A stretch of DNA of 64,000 nucleotides. It comes from an uncultured bacterium. GTDB lineage: Bacteria > Patescibacteriota > Minisyncoccia > Moranbacterales > UBA2206. Of this stretch, positions 41,473 to 50,758 are shown piece by piece; within the stretch, counting starts at the first letter, position 1, and each line of letters begins with the position of its first letter. The DNA is taken from contig CAIKZD010000009.1 in NCBI GenBank assembly GCA_903831805.1, positions 217,939 to 281,938 of the forward strand. Reading direction: 5' to 3'. A program made the translations under genes and the position numbers. Below the pieces are notes generated by a model. It searched no databases, was not told where the DNA came from, and saw nothing but the letters and a program-made list of their open reading frames with translations.

Positions 41473-41531
41473 GTTTTGGATTTTGGGCAGAGGGGTTAGG
41501 GGTGAATGCCCAAAATCCAAAACTCCTTATT
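41473..41531. repeat. Cassette trailer hairpin, copy 1 of 3
   Basis: GTTTTGGATTTTGGGCA-loop-TGCCCAAAATCCAAAAC-TCCTTATT; also at 50677 and 52384. Confidence 0.92.
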
Positions 41532-41594
41532 CTGTTTGAGGGAGGGGCAAGAGGGGAATTAAAGGGGTGAATTGCCCCGACCGAAAAAATTCAA

Positions 41595-42095
41595 TTAAAC
41601 TATCAATAAGACAAATAATAAAACTACTAAAACAAACAGGCATTTTGTACTGTTTTTAACATTATTCATTTTTTGATCAGCAATTATCGAGTTTGTATAT
41701 ATTTGCTCTGATATTTGCTTTTTTGCATCTTCTTCTGTTAATTTTTCCATTTCATTAAAATAATCAATCGGTTTTAACTTGGCGACATTTCCAAAGTAAA
41801 AAAGTGATTTATTTGTATTTGTATTTTTCAAACGAGGGAAAACGGAGCTGATTAAAAAGAATATTCCTAAAATAAATAGACCAATAGTTATTATAATTAA
41901 AATAGTATACAGACAAAGACCCCAGTTCTCAAAGTTTGAAATTGAGGAAATCACAATTCCTTTAAATGAAACAGTGCCTAAAAAAATTCCTGAATAATAA
42001 GCAGACAAAAACGCACTTTTTTTATCAGCAGACTGAATCCAGTCGCTAACTCTATTTAATTCATTTTGTAAAAAAGATAATTCTAGGTTTTTCAT
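41595..42095 (-). CDS. Pycsar transmembrane effector (PycTM/DUF5706-like)
   Basis: WIQSADKKS, SVFPRL, SLFYFGNVA and QIYTNSIIADQK; TM segments; follows the cyclase gene. Confidence 0.85.
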   Translation of the reverse strand: MKNLELSFLQNELNRVSDWIQSADKKSAFLSAYYSGIFLGTVSFKGIVISSISNFENWGLCLYTILIIITIGLFILGIFFLISSVFPRLKNTNTNKSLFYFGNVAKLKPIDYFNEMEKLTEEDAKKQISEQIYTNSIIADQKMNNVKNSTKCLFVLVVLLFVLLIV

Positions 42096-42098
42096 AGT

Positions 42099-42911
42099 TT
42101 AATTTAGTTTATCTATATAATTATCAGCACAGTGCACACACCAACCAACTTGGGTGTAATAAAATTTGTCTCCAAGCGTATCATCTGAAAAATCAGTAAC
42201 TTCTATAAAAACAGGATTTCTTTGTTCTAAAATGTCGGTATCGCCATTATGGCAGTTATATAATCCGAATTTCGGTTGCGCAACAAAATCTTTGTAGACT
42301 TCCTCAGATATTATTATTGGCGATTTGGCCCCATTAAATTTTTCAGGGGCGTCTTGGAATTGCTTGGATAATTTTGCAGCATTATTAACAAGTCTTCCTG
42401 CCCATACCTCATTATAGTCACCTCTCTTGCCGATCTTTTTGACTAAAATTTTGTCTTTATGGATGCCAATTTTACAACTAAGATTACCGCCTTCATCATC
42501 TTGAAATTTTGTTTTAATCTTTTCTTCAAAAATTTTTCTAAAAGTGATTGATGCGTAAAATGCTTTATACGAAGCATGCTCGCCTTCGTAGATAGCAAAT
42601 GCGCCATCTCCTTTTATATCTACATAGTCAGCACAGAAAGATTCATGATTAAAAACATCAACTAGCGTTTGAGTAAAGTAGTCATAGATCTTTGCCATTG
42701 TGACCGGATGTTTTTTGAATGAGATTTTTGACGATTTATCTAAGTCAACAAAAAGACAAACAAATTTATTATCACCACCAACCCAAGTAGGTTTTTCTAA
42801 GTAAGCATCTTCTTTGATGCTTGAAATTGATTCAATTTCAGCAATTTTAAAATCATCAAAGCGTTTTTCTGCCTTTTCCTTCAATTCTTCTATAAAGTCA
42901 TCAATTTGCAT
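42099..42911 (-). CDS. Class III nucleotidyl cyclase (Pycsar PycC-like)
   Basis: LFVDLDKSS, KGDGAFA, KIGIH and VWAGRLVNNAAKL. Confidence 0.85.
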   Translation of the reverse strand: MQIDDFIEELKEKAEKRFDDFKIAEIESISSIKEDAYLEKPTWVGGDNKFVCLFVDLDKSSKISFKKHPVTMAKIYDYFTQTLVDVFNHESFCADYVDIKGDGAFAIYEGEHASYKAFYASITFRKIFEEKIKTKFQDDEGGNLSCKIGIHKDKILVKKIGKRGDYNEVWAGRLVNNAAKLSKQFQDAPEKFNGAKSPIIISEEVYKDFVAQPKFGLYNCHNGDTDILEQRNPVFIEVTDFSDDTLGDKFYYTQVGWCVHCADNYIDKLN

Positions 42912-42927
42912 ATTGTTATTATAAATA

Positions 42928-43584
42928 TTATAAATTATCCGTTACTCCAAAAAAATTCTTAATTATCGGATACTCTTGTTTTAAAAAGTATCTTCCCGAC
43001 TCGTTGTCTTTGATGAGAAAAAATTGTTTTTTTATACATTCCTCGTCTTCTTCCAAGCAGGCAATGCAAACGATAAAATCAATATGCGGATATTCTATGC
43101 TGACGGCAGTATTTTCTTTCCAGCTTTCTAAGTCTTTGTCATAAGTCCAGCCGAAACGGTTTAAAATTGTCTTTTTCTCAATAGCAGTGTTGTAGCAAAA
43201 CAATCCGCATAGTGGCTTGATGCCAGGGTCAATGGCTTTTATCCTTTCAAAATTCTTGTTCGTCTTTTTTATGTCTGGTCCGGTTGCGTTGGATTTTACT
43301 TCCAAAACTAATTTGCAATGTCGTGGATCAATCATTACTTGGTCGCCCAATGGGGTCGTGGTTGCCGTGGTTTCGTGAAATATCAAATCACATTCTCCGC
43401 TCTGTATTCCGTTTTTGGCGACTATGCCTTTTTTGCCTCGCAACGATTCTTTTCTTTTTAATACCAAATCACGCAAAAAGTCTTCTCGGATTGTTCCTCT
43501 GGGCAAGTGTTGTTGCACAAATTCCGACACTCGATATTGAGCGCGGAGCAGGTCTTCATAGTATTGTGCAAATATCTCGTCCAT
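42928..43584 (-). CDS. PD-(D/E)xK nuclease-like protein (DUF6602-like)
   Basis: GTIREDFL, SGECDLIF and VLEVKS. Confidence 0.7.
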   Translation of the reverse strand: MDEIFAQYYEDLLRAQYRVSEFVQQHLPRGTIREDFLRDLVLKRKESLRGKKGIVAKNGIQSGECDLIFHETTATTTPLGDQVMIDPRHCKLVLEVKSNATGPDIKKTNKNFERIKAIDPGIKPLCGLFCYNTAIEKKTILNRFGWTYDKDLESWKENTAVSIEYPHIDFIVCIACLEEDEECIKKQFFLIKDNESGRYFLKQEYPIIKNFFGVTDNL

Positions 43585-43593
43585 ACATAAAAA

Positions 43594-44718
43594 TTACAAT
43601 TCACCCTTAAACGCTTTTTGCATCAAGGCTTGAAATTGGGTTTCGAGTTCGTTGGATTGAGAAAGCATTTTTTGTTTAATTAATTCGGTTTTTTCTTTCA
43701 ATCCGAGATAAATTTTTTGCTCATCAAGACTTGGTACTAATATTTTTATTTTTTTAATAATACCTACATTTACAATTCCCATCGTCCCGCCATGAGATAC
43801 ATCTTTTATTTGTTTCTGTACTGATTGGCTAGTTAATAATTCTTTCAAAAATAACGGCAGTATAATATTTTGATTTGGTGTTATTTTCATTAGACGAGGA
43901 TTAATAATGCCTGGTTCAAATTTTTCTGGCACAACACTAATTTTCCCAAATGTTCCTACTAAGCTTATTAAAATATCTCCTTGTTGTATTTTACAACTTT
44001 CTAAGGTTCGATATCTTTCTTCGTTAATATAATAATCTCCATAATTGAAGTCATCTTTAATAACCTGTTCTTGTCCATATATTTTATAACCTGATTTTAC
44101 ATAAAATTCCTTCTTCAAAGATGAGCCAAATGGACCTGCCTTGATTCCATTTTTTTCTTTAATGGCAACATCATTAATTATTTGTATATTATAATTTTTC
44201 GGATTCTTCACTGGATCCCCAAACATCTCCAAAAACACCGACTTCAAATAATCATCCAAAAGCCCGATGGCTTGTTTTCGTTTTTGGCGAAGCGCGTCCG
44301 CCTCATCAAGAATTTTTACAATGCGTTTTTGGTCTTCGAGCGGTGGAAGTGGGATTATTGGATCAGTTAAATTATTTATCTTTATGTATTTTATAACTCC
44401 GCCAATAGATAATTCTCTTAATTTTTCAACATACTTAAATAAAAACCAATAAAGATATCGGGTATCCAAAACTGATTCGTCTTTACTTTCGATTATATAG
44501 GTTCTTTGATATGCATCGAATTTACCTTCGTAATATTTTACATTTAAATCACCATTTCCAGCCACAAGCACGCACTTACAATCATAAGAATATGAGCTTA
44601 TTTTTAAGGGCTTTTTGGAACAAGTAAAAAAAGGATACTCGCCATCAGGCGAGCTCGCATTTGCATCAAGTTTGCCAGTCCTTATTTTTACAAAATTTCC
44701 AAGTTTATTTTTAATCAT
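43594..44718 (-). CDS. hsdS: Type I R-M specificity subunit
   Basis: Two TRDs; IPLPPLEDQKRIV and VPSLDEQ; LMQKAFKGEL. Confidence 0.93.
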   Translation of the reverse strand: MIKNKLGNFVKIRTGKLDANASSPDGEYPFFTCSKKPLKISSYSYDCKCVLVAGNGDLNVKYYEGKFDAYQRTYIIESKDESVLDTRYLYWFLFKYVEKLRELSIGGVIKYIKINNLTDPIIPLPPLEDQKRIVKILDEADALRQKRKQAIGLLDDYLKSVFLEMFGDPVKNPKNYNIQIINDVAIKEKNGIKAGPFGSSLKKEFYVKSGYKIYGQEQVIKDDFNYGDYYINEERYRTLESCKIQQGDILISLVGTFGKISVVPEKFEPGIINPRLMKITPNQNIILPLFLKELLTSQSVQKQIKDVSHGGTMGIVNVGIIKKIKILVPSLDEQKIYLGLKEKTELIKQKMLSQSNELETQFQALMQKAFKGEL

Positions 44719-44720
44719 AA

Positions 44721-46241
44721 TTACAAATTTTTCAAATCACTAAGTCCAGCAACGATTTCTTGCTCCAGCGATTCAATCTTTCCCAAAATCACTTTTGGAT
44801 CTTCGTAAACCATTTCATCGTAATCCGTTACTTTGTAGCGATTGATACTCAAATCAAAATCAGCTTTTTCTATATCACTTTTATTAACATAGAAAAATTT
44901 ACTATTGAGCTTGTTTTCGGTTTGGTCTTTTCTTGTTTTCCATTTCGCCACAATATCCGGCAAATCACCCCCGCCGTTGATCTTGCTTCGCTTGTCGTCC
45001 AATGTGTAGCCGTCGGATTGCATATCATAAAACCAAACCTTTTCAGTTTCGCCGCCTTTTACAAATATCAAAATCGCGGTGCTTACTCCAGCGTAGGGCT
45101 TGAATACTCCGCTCGGCATCGAAATAACGCCTTGCAGTTCACACTCATTGATAAGCATCTTGCGCGCTTGCTTGTGGGCATTGCTAGAACCGAACAGCAC
45201 GCCGTCTGGCACAATCACACCGGCTCGTCCTCCGATTTTGAGGGATTTTATAATGGTATTGATAAACAATAATTCCGTTTTTGTCGTAGCGAGTGAGAGC
45301 GATTCGTTGATGTCGCCCTTATCAATACTGCCTTTGAAAGGCGGATTCGCCATGATGCAGTCATAAAAATTATTCTCGTCGTATTTTTTGGAGAGCGTAT
45401 CTTTTTGTTCGATGTTTGGATTGGAGATGCCGTGCATCATCAAGTTCATGAGTCCAATACGCACCATGCTTTCGTCCATGTCATAGCCGTAGAAAGTTTT
45501 TTCTTTGAGATGCGTCCATTGTCGCTCGTCGGTGAGCTTGTCGCCCAGATCGCCACGCGTCAGTCCGTTTTCATCAGTTTTTCTGTGTTCTTTGCTGGTA
45601 TGTGCTGTGAGAATATGCTGATAGGCACCGAGCAAAAATCCGCCTGTACCACAAGCTGGATCACAAATAGTATCGCCCAATTTTGGATCTACGAGTTCAC
45701 AAATAAGTTGAATGATGTGGCGCGGTGTGCGGAATTGGCCGAGCTTGCCGGCGCTCGTGATTTCTGAGAGCAAATATTCGTAGAGATCTCCCTGGGTGTC
45801 TTGAAAACCTTGTCCGGCCGAATCTTGCTTGGCGATTTCTTCAAAAATATCATCAATAATATTCACCGCTTCCACCAAAAGCGACGGCTTGGAAATGATA
45901 AAAACCGCGTTGCCCATGTGTTTGGCAAAGGGACTTTCTTCTTTGCCGATAGTTTTCAGAAATGGAAAAACTTTAGTTTGAATATGTGTCAGCATTTCGC
46001 CACCTTCCATTTGTCTGAAATGGCTCCAGCGCAAATTTTCTTTGTCATTTCCAAAAAGTGACTTGTACGCTTCTCCGGTAAATTCGGCGTCTTGTCTTTT
46101 CTTAATATCCATCTCGTCCAAGCGCTTCATAAAAAGCAAATAGGAAATTTGCTCAATAGCCGTGAGCGGATTGGATATGCCACCGCTCCAAAATTTATCC
46201 CAGAGCCTGCCAATTGATGATTTGAGTGTTGGATTAAGCAT
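44721..46241 (-). CDS. hsdM: Type I R-M methyltransferase subunit
   Basis: GQFRTPRHI, DPACGTGGFL and NPPF. Confidence 0.95.
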   Translation of the reverse strand: MLNPTLKSSIGRLWDKFWSGGISNPLTAIEQISYLLFMKRLDEMDIKKRQDAEFTGEAYKSLFGNDKENLRWSHFRQMEGGEMLTHIQTKVFPFLKTIGKEESPFAKHMGNAVFIISKPSLLVEAVNIIDDIFEEIAKQDSAGQGFQDTQGDLYEYLLSEITSAGKLGQFRTPRHIIQLICELVDPKLGDTICDPACGTGGFLLGAYQHILTAHTSKEHRKTDENGLTRGDLGDKLTDERQWTHLKEKTFYGYDMDESMVRIGLMNLMMHGISNPNIEQKDTLSKKYDENNFYDCIMANPPFKGSIDKGDINESLSLATTKTELLFINTIIKSLKIGGRAGVIVPDGVLFGSSNAHKQARKMLINECELQGVISMPSGVFKPYAGVSTAILIFVKGGETEKVWFYDMQSDGYTLDDKRSKINGGGDLPDIVAKWKTRKDQTENKLNSKFFYVNKSDIEKADFDLSINRYKVTDYDEMVYEDPKVILGKIESLEQEIVAGLSDLKNL

Positions 46242-49044
46242 AATGTAAAATTTTATTAGTAAATGACAAGATTTCCGTTTGCAACTGCGGAGTGAATAGC
46301 CCCAAGAAACCGCGAGCGTGCAATTTGGTAAATGGCTCGCTAACGAGATCTTTCTTTGTCAGTTCACCATTGTTGATAATAAAATCACGAAGTACAATCA
46401 GAAACTGGATTTGATTTGAAGCCAGTGTGTTATGTTCGGCAATAAATTCAGCAAAAGCCTCCGAGACTTTTTCGGAAAAAGTGACGAGTCCGCCAATACC
46501 CATAATGTATTTAATCAAATCCAAAAACTGTACCTTGCGGGCATCATAGGCTTTTTGCAGGTTCTCTTCGGTTGGATAGGGATCATACTCGTTTAGCGTG
46601 TCAGCCAGTTCTTCCACTTCTTCCTGCGTAATATCTGCACCTTGTTTTATTTTCTGCAATATTTTGTTTTCTGCTTCCAATTTTTTCACCAGCGCCTCAA
46701 CTTTTTCACGATATTTTTTGATAGTAATGCGTTCATGCGCCGGACCAAATTTGATAAATTCTTTTTCGCTTGTTATATCGCGTAAATCCAGAGAATCTTG
46801 GTCGGGCTTGATGCCTTCTTCGCGATATTTCATCAATGGAGCGATTTTTTGGATCAGAATTTCTAAGGCATTTTCATCGGCTTTTTCAAGATAGCCATTA
46901 TTCAATATCTCTTCTATCAGTTCTTTCTCTTTGACGACAACATTCACAGACAACGGCAAATCAGACACCATTTCAATAATTACTTCCGCAAGAGTTTTTA
47001 CCTTTTTATCTTGACCATCTTGTTCATCAAGTTTGGCGATGGAATAATATAAAACTTTAAGTTCAAAGCTCATTGCCTTGTAGTCTTCGCCGGTTCGCGT
47101 GCGCATAAGTGGCGCGATTTCCTTTTCTAAAAATAGTTTTTTATCTTCATTAAGTTTTTGCCAAAAGGTTTCATCGACTTTATCAATCTTGCTTTTTGCG
47201 TCCAAAATAACCACATTGTTTGGTGGAAGTTTGGCAATATCTTCTTTTAATTTTTGAATGGTATTCTGTACAAGCTCAGCATTATTTTGCGCTTCAGCCA
47301 GATTGAGTTTTTGTAGTTTAGTTTCAAAAAGACGGACAGGCAGCGGTTTTGATGGCTTATCTATTTTTCCGGTTGGGTTCATTTGAAAATATTCAAAATT
47401 TTCCCAACAATCAATGATAAGGAATTTATCTTTTACCTTGCACCATGGCTTTATTTTCTTAGCTTCCAAAAGTCTTGTTCCTCGCCCGATCATCTGCCAA
47501 AATTTGGTATAAGAAAAAACTGGTTTTACAAAAACAAGATTGACGAGTTCGCGCACATCTATACCAGTATCAAGCATATCCACGCTAATGGCGATGCGCG
47601 GAAAGTCTTTATTAACAAATTGATCGAGCAGACCGCCTTTTCCATAAACACGAGAATCGTCCGAAACGATAACTTTGGCAATATTGCCTTTATGTTCAGG
47701 GTAGAGATCATCAAAAACTTCTTGTAATCTTCGTGCGTGCTTCATCGTCATGGCAAAGAAAATAGTTTTGCCGGGCAGAGTTCCACTTTCGTCTTTTATG
47801 CACGATTCCATAAACTCTTGCACGATAAGCGCGTTCGTTCCTTTGTTGGTTACTTTTTTCTCAATTTCACTGCCATCATAATTTATTTCTGTTGGCTCTT
47901 TGCCGTCGGCAAGTAATTTTTGTTGTTCGGCAATGGTAATATTGTCTTTTCTTATTCCTTCTTTTTGGAATTTGGTGCGAACTTTTAGAACTTCAAAATC
48001 TGAAAGATATGGGGGCTTATTGTTTATCGCTTCCTCGTATGAGTAGGCATAAGTCGGTATGCCGTCTTCACATTCAAAAATACCAAAAGTATTATGCTCA
48101 ATCGCATCTTTTGGCGTAGCAGTTAAACCAAGCTGAACAGAATCAAAATAATCAAAAATATTTTTGTAAACATTGTAGATTGACCTATGACTTTCATCTG
48201 CCACAATCATGTCAAAAAAATGAGGACTAAGCGGACAGTCTTTATCTTCAATGATATTGAGCATTGTCGGATAAGTAGCACAATAAATTCGTCTATCCGT
48301 TACAATGTCATGCTCGCCGACTTTTGGCCAAACCGGAGCGTTTGGTAAAAATTCTTTAAAAGCATCAAGAGCTTGATTTCTAAGTGCGATTCTGTCCACT
48401 AAAAACAAAACTTTTTGCACTTTGTTTGCTCGCATCAACGACTCAATCATTGCCACGCAGGTTCTTGTTTTTCCGGTACCTGTTGCCATTACAAGCAATG
48501 ATTTTCTCTTTCCTTTGTCTAAGTTTTCAAAAACTGAGCGGATAGCCTCGATCTGATATGGTCGTCCAGCAATGTCTTTCTGGATTAATTCTTGGGAAAG
48601 TGGTTTCTCGTTTTTGCGCAAAAACAACATTCTTTCTAAATCTTTTTTTGTTGGAAATCCGTACACTTTGCGGGGTGGATATTTTTCAGTATCCCAAAAA
48701 TAAATATCGTGTCCGTTTGTATAAAAAACGAATGGCATATCCTTACCAGAATTTTTCTGAATATTTTCGGCATATTGACGGGCTTGTTCTTGTCCGACCC
48801 TCGCATCCTTCGAGGTTTTTTTTGCTTCTACAATTGCCAAAGGATAACCACTATCTCCAAGTAAGGCGTAATCAGCAAATTGAAAGCCTTGATATTCGTG
48901 TTCCGGCTCCTTAACCCCTTCTGGCAAGCCAATCCAAATATCAAGCTCGGATGTAACTTGTGCTGGATCATTAACTTTCCAGCCGGCTTTTGCGAGCCTT
49001 CCATCTATAATTTCTTGTCTTGTTTGTGCTTCAGTTTTTGTCAT
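46234..49044 (-). CDS. hsdR: Type I R-M restriction subunit (EcoAI/EcoEI-like)
   Basis: ADY..IVEAKK nuclease motif, MATGTGKT, DESHRS, LTATP and QMIGRGTR; start chosen at MTKTEAQ. Confidence 0.95.
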   Translation of the reverse strand: MTKTEAQTRQEIIDGRLAKAGWKVNDPAQVTSELDIWIGLPEGVKEPEHEYQGFQFADYALLGDSGYPLAIVEAKKTSKDARVGQEQARQYAENIQKNSGKDMPFVFYTNGHDIYFWDTEKYPPRKVYGFPTKKDLERMLFLRKNEKPLSQELIQKDIAGRPYQIEAIRSVFENLDKGKRKSLLVMATGTGKTRTCVAMIESLMRANKVQKVLFLVDRIALRNQALDAFKEFLPNAPVWPKVGEHDIVTDRRIYCATYPTMLNIIEDKDCPLSPHFFDMIVADESHRSIYNVYKNIFDYFDSVQLGLTATPKDAIEHNTFGIFECEDGIPTYAYSYEEAINNKPPYLSDFEVLKVRTKFQKEGIRKDNITIAEQQKLLADGKEPTEINYDGSEIEKKVTNKGTNALIVQEFMESCIKDESGTLPGKTIFFAMTMKHARRLQEVFDDLYPEHKGNIAKVIVSDDSRVYGKGGLLDQFVNKDFPRIAISVDMLDTGIDVRELVNLVFVKPVFSYTKFWQMIGRGTRLLEAKKIKPWCKVKDKFLIIDCWENFEYFQMNPTGKIDKPSKPLPVRLFETKLQKLNLAEAQNNAELVQNTIQKLKEDIAKLPPNNVVILDAKSKIDKVDETFWQKLNEDKKLFLEKEIAPLMRTRTGEDYKAMSFELKVLYYSIAKLDEQDGQDKKVKTLAEVIIEMVSDLPLSVNVVVKEKELIEEILNNGYLEKADENALEILIQKIAPLMKYREEGIKPDQDSLDLRDITSEKEFIKFGPAHERITIKKYREKVEALVKKLEAENKILQKIKQGADITQEEVEELADTLNEYDPYPTEENLQKAYDARKVQFLDLIKYIMGIGGLVTFSEKVSEAFAEFIAEHNTLASNQIQFLIVLRDFIINNGELTKKDLVSEPFTKLHARGFLGLFTPQLQTEILSFTNKILHYA

Positions 49045-49078
49045 AATTATTTTCAAGTTAAACAATGTTATTGTATTC

Positions 49079-49156
49079 GTTTTCCCCTTATAAATAAATC
49101 GTTTTCGTAGCGTAGCGGAGAAAACACCTTATACCCCTTTCTAAATAAATAAAAAA
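49079..49156 (-). repeat. Cassette leader element, copy 1 of 3
   Basis: AATAAAT(T)CGTTTTCGTAGCn(n)AGCGGAGAAAACACCTT..CCCCT; also at 52071 and 59116. Confidence 0.9.
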
Positions 49157-49212
49157 CAAAATTCAAATTCTTTTTTTGAGCTGGGCGATAGCCCAAAAGT
49201 AAAACATGCATT

Positions 49213-49588
49213 TCACATAACGTGCGCGGATAATCCGAAGTAGTCGGAGGGAAATTCATTTCCCGACGGCTATTTCGGATATCCGCTGATATCCGATGTG
49301 TCGCAAGCGAAGCGAAGCGGCACAGAGGGTATCGGCGGAGGTATCCGCGCACGATATTCAAAATGGAGCAAGCGTAGCGCGCGACATTTTGGATATCGTT
49401 TACGCATCATCTGAAGTTTTCATCCCGACTTTGCAGGATAAACTTTTGATTTCAAACAATGCTTTATTAAATTATCTCCGCCTAAACCTTCATCTAAACT
49501 AAAGGATGAAAATTTGGGCGGAGGGAAATTGACACTCCTTGAATCGCTTTGGTCAATTTCCTGTAGCCAGATATGCGTTGTTAGGCGA
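49213..49588 (-). repeat. attC-like site B, with an extra structured segment of about 175 bp
   Basis: TCACATAAC, insert, then GTTTACGCATCATCTGAAG...CCAGATATGCGTT-GTTAGGCGA. Confidence 0.8.
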
Positions 49589-50468
49589 TGAAACTAAAAA
49601 TTTCCTTTCCTAATAATAAAGAATTTTTGGCAATTTTATTTAAAAACTCTTTCCATCTTCGTTATGACAACCATTCTCATTGCAAGTAAGTATTTTGCCA
49701 GATGATGTTGTAGCACAATACTGGAAAGTCGCCTCATTGCCATTGCGCCTTACAAAGAATTCACAACCACCCCATTTACCACCATCAATCTCAAGATTAA
49801 GCCAGACCTCTTTTACTGCGCTATTCTGACACACAGACAATCCTGTTTTTGGCTCAAGTAGATACCCACCATCATCCACACAGAGGCTAGCATCTGGCCA
49901 TAGAAATTGAATCTTATCTTCTATAATTTTATCATTTATATCATTCATGTATGCAGCATTAACAATTTTAGCAGCGCGCTCCTCGCCAATATATTCACTC
50001 AATTTTTTATTTTTTTCTTCTTTGAGCGAAGAACTATCATTTTCATCAGAAAGAAGGTTCACGGTAGTTAGCTCAACCAAAGAGATTGCGCATGATTCAT
50101 CCTGTGATTGTGCCATCGCCATCATCGCCCGCTCTCTTTTAACTTCATATCGAGTTATATGGATATAGTCAATATTATCAGCCACGAATTTTTCATTAAG
50201 CTTCTTCTTAAGCGCTGTGGCTTGTTCACAAAGATTATTCTTCACCACACTTTCACTTTTTTTATCCAATACTTGAGCTGTTGGCTGTTGACCACACCCA
50301 GCCAAAAAGACTACTCCAAACAGCACTGAACTTATTGCTATTACTTTTTTCATAATTATTTTTTTGTTAATTTATTAAAAATTATTATTAGAACGAGTTG
50401 CCGACCGAGCAAAATTGCCAAAAATTCTTTTCAAAATAGATAGGAAATTTTTAGTTTTTTCGCCTAAC
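49580..50468 (-). mobile_element. Cassette 3 (lipoprotein gene)
   Basis: Bounded by GTTAGGCGA...TCGCCTAAC and 58-bp imperfect inverted repeats. Confidence 0.87.
49640..50353 (-). CDS. Cys-rich lipoprotein
   Basis: Signal peptide with lipobox LAGC; several Cys residues in the C-terminal domain. Confidence 0.8.
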   Translation of the reverse strand: MKKVIAISSVLFGVVFLAGCGQQPTAQVLDKKSESVVKNNLCEQATALKKKLNEKFVADNIDYIHITRYEVKRERAMMAMAQSQDESCAISLVELTTVNLLSDENDSSSLKEEKNKKLSEYIGEERAAKIVNAAYMNDINDKIIEDKIQFLWPDASLCVDDGGYLLEPKTGLSVCQNSAVKEVWLNLEIDGGKWGGCEFFVRRNGNEATFQYCATTSSGKILTCNENGCHNEDGKSF

Positions 50469-50614
50469 GTTACTCATATCTGAAGTTTTTGTCTTCCTTC
50501 CTTAGTGTAATATATAAAGAAAAAGAAGGCAAAAATTTGGGTGGAAGAAATTTGCACTCCTTATTATTAGTTATTGATGCAAATTTCTGTAACCAGATAT
50601 GAGTTGTTAGACGA
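50460..50614 (-). repeat. attC-like site C
   Basis: TCGCCTAAC-gtt-ACTCATATCTG...CAGATATGAGT-t-GTTAGACGA. Confidence 0.92.
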
Positions 50615-50676
50615 TGTAAATTTATTTTCTTTTTTAAATCCGCTTTTTATTCTAAATAGATTAAATAAGTTTTTTT

Positions 50677-50735
50677 GTTTTGAATTTTGGGCAGAGGGGT
50701 CAGGGGTGAATGCCCAAAATTCAAAACTCCTTATT
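50677..50735. repeat. Cassette trailer hairpin, copy 2 of 3
   Basis: GTTTTGAATTTTGGGCA-loop-TGCCCAAAATTCAAAAC-TCCTTATT. Confidence 0.92.
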
Positions 50736-50758
50736 ACAATTTTTCCGTAACATTTTAT

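Larger units (their letters stand above)
41393..49221 (-). mobile_element. Cassette 4 (7.8 kb): Type I R-M, nuclease and Pycsar
   Basis: Bounded by GTTATGTGA...TCACATAAC and longer imperfect inverted repeats. Confidence 0.85.

Noticed and set aside
41299-41520. 73-aa ORF in the track
   Set aside because: It lies entirely over site A, an inverted-repeat arm and the trailer hairpin; likely spurious.
49068-49502. 97-aa (-) and 68-aa (+) ORFs in the track
   Set aside because: They overlap the leader repeat and structured site B and have no protein-like features.
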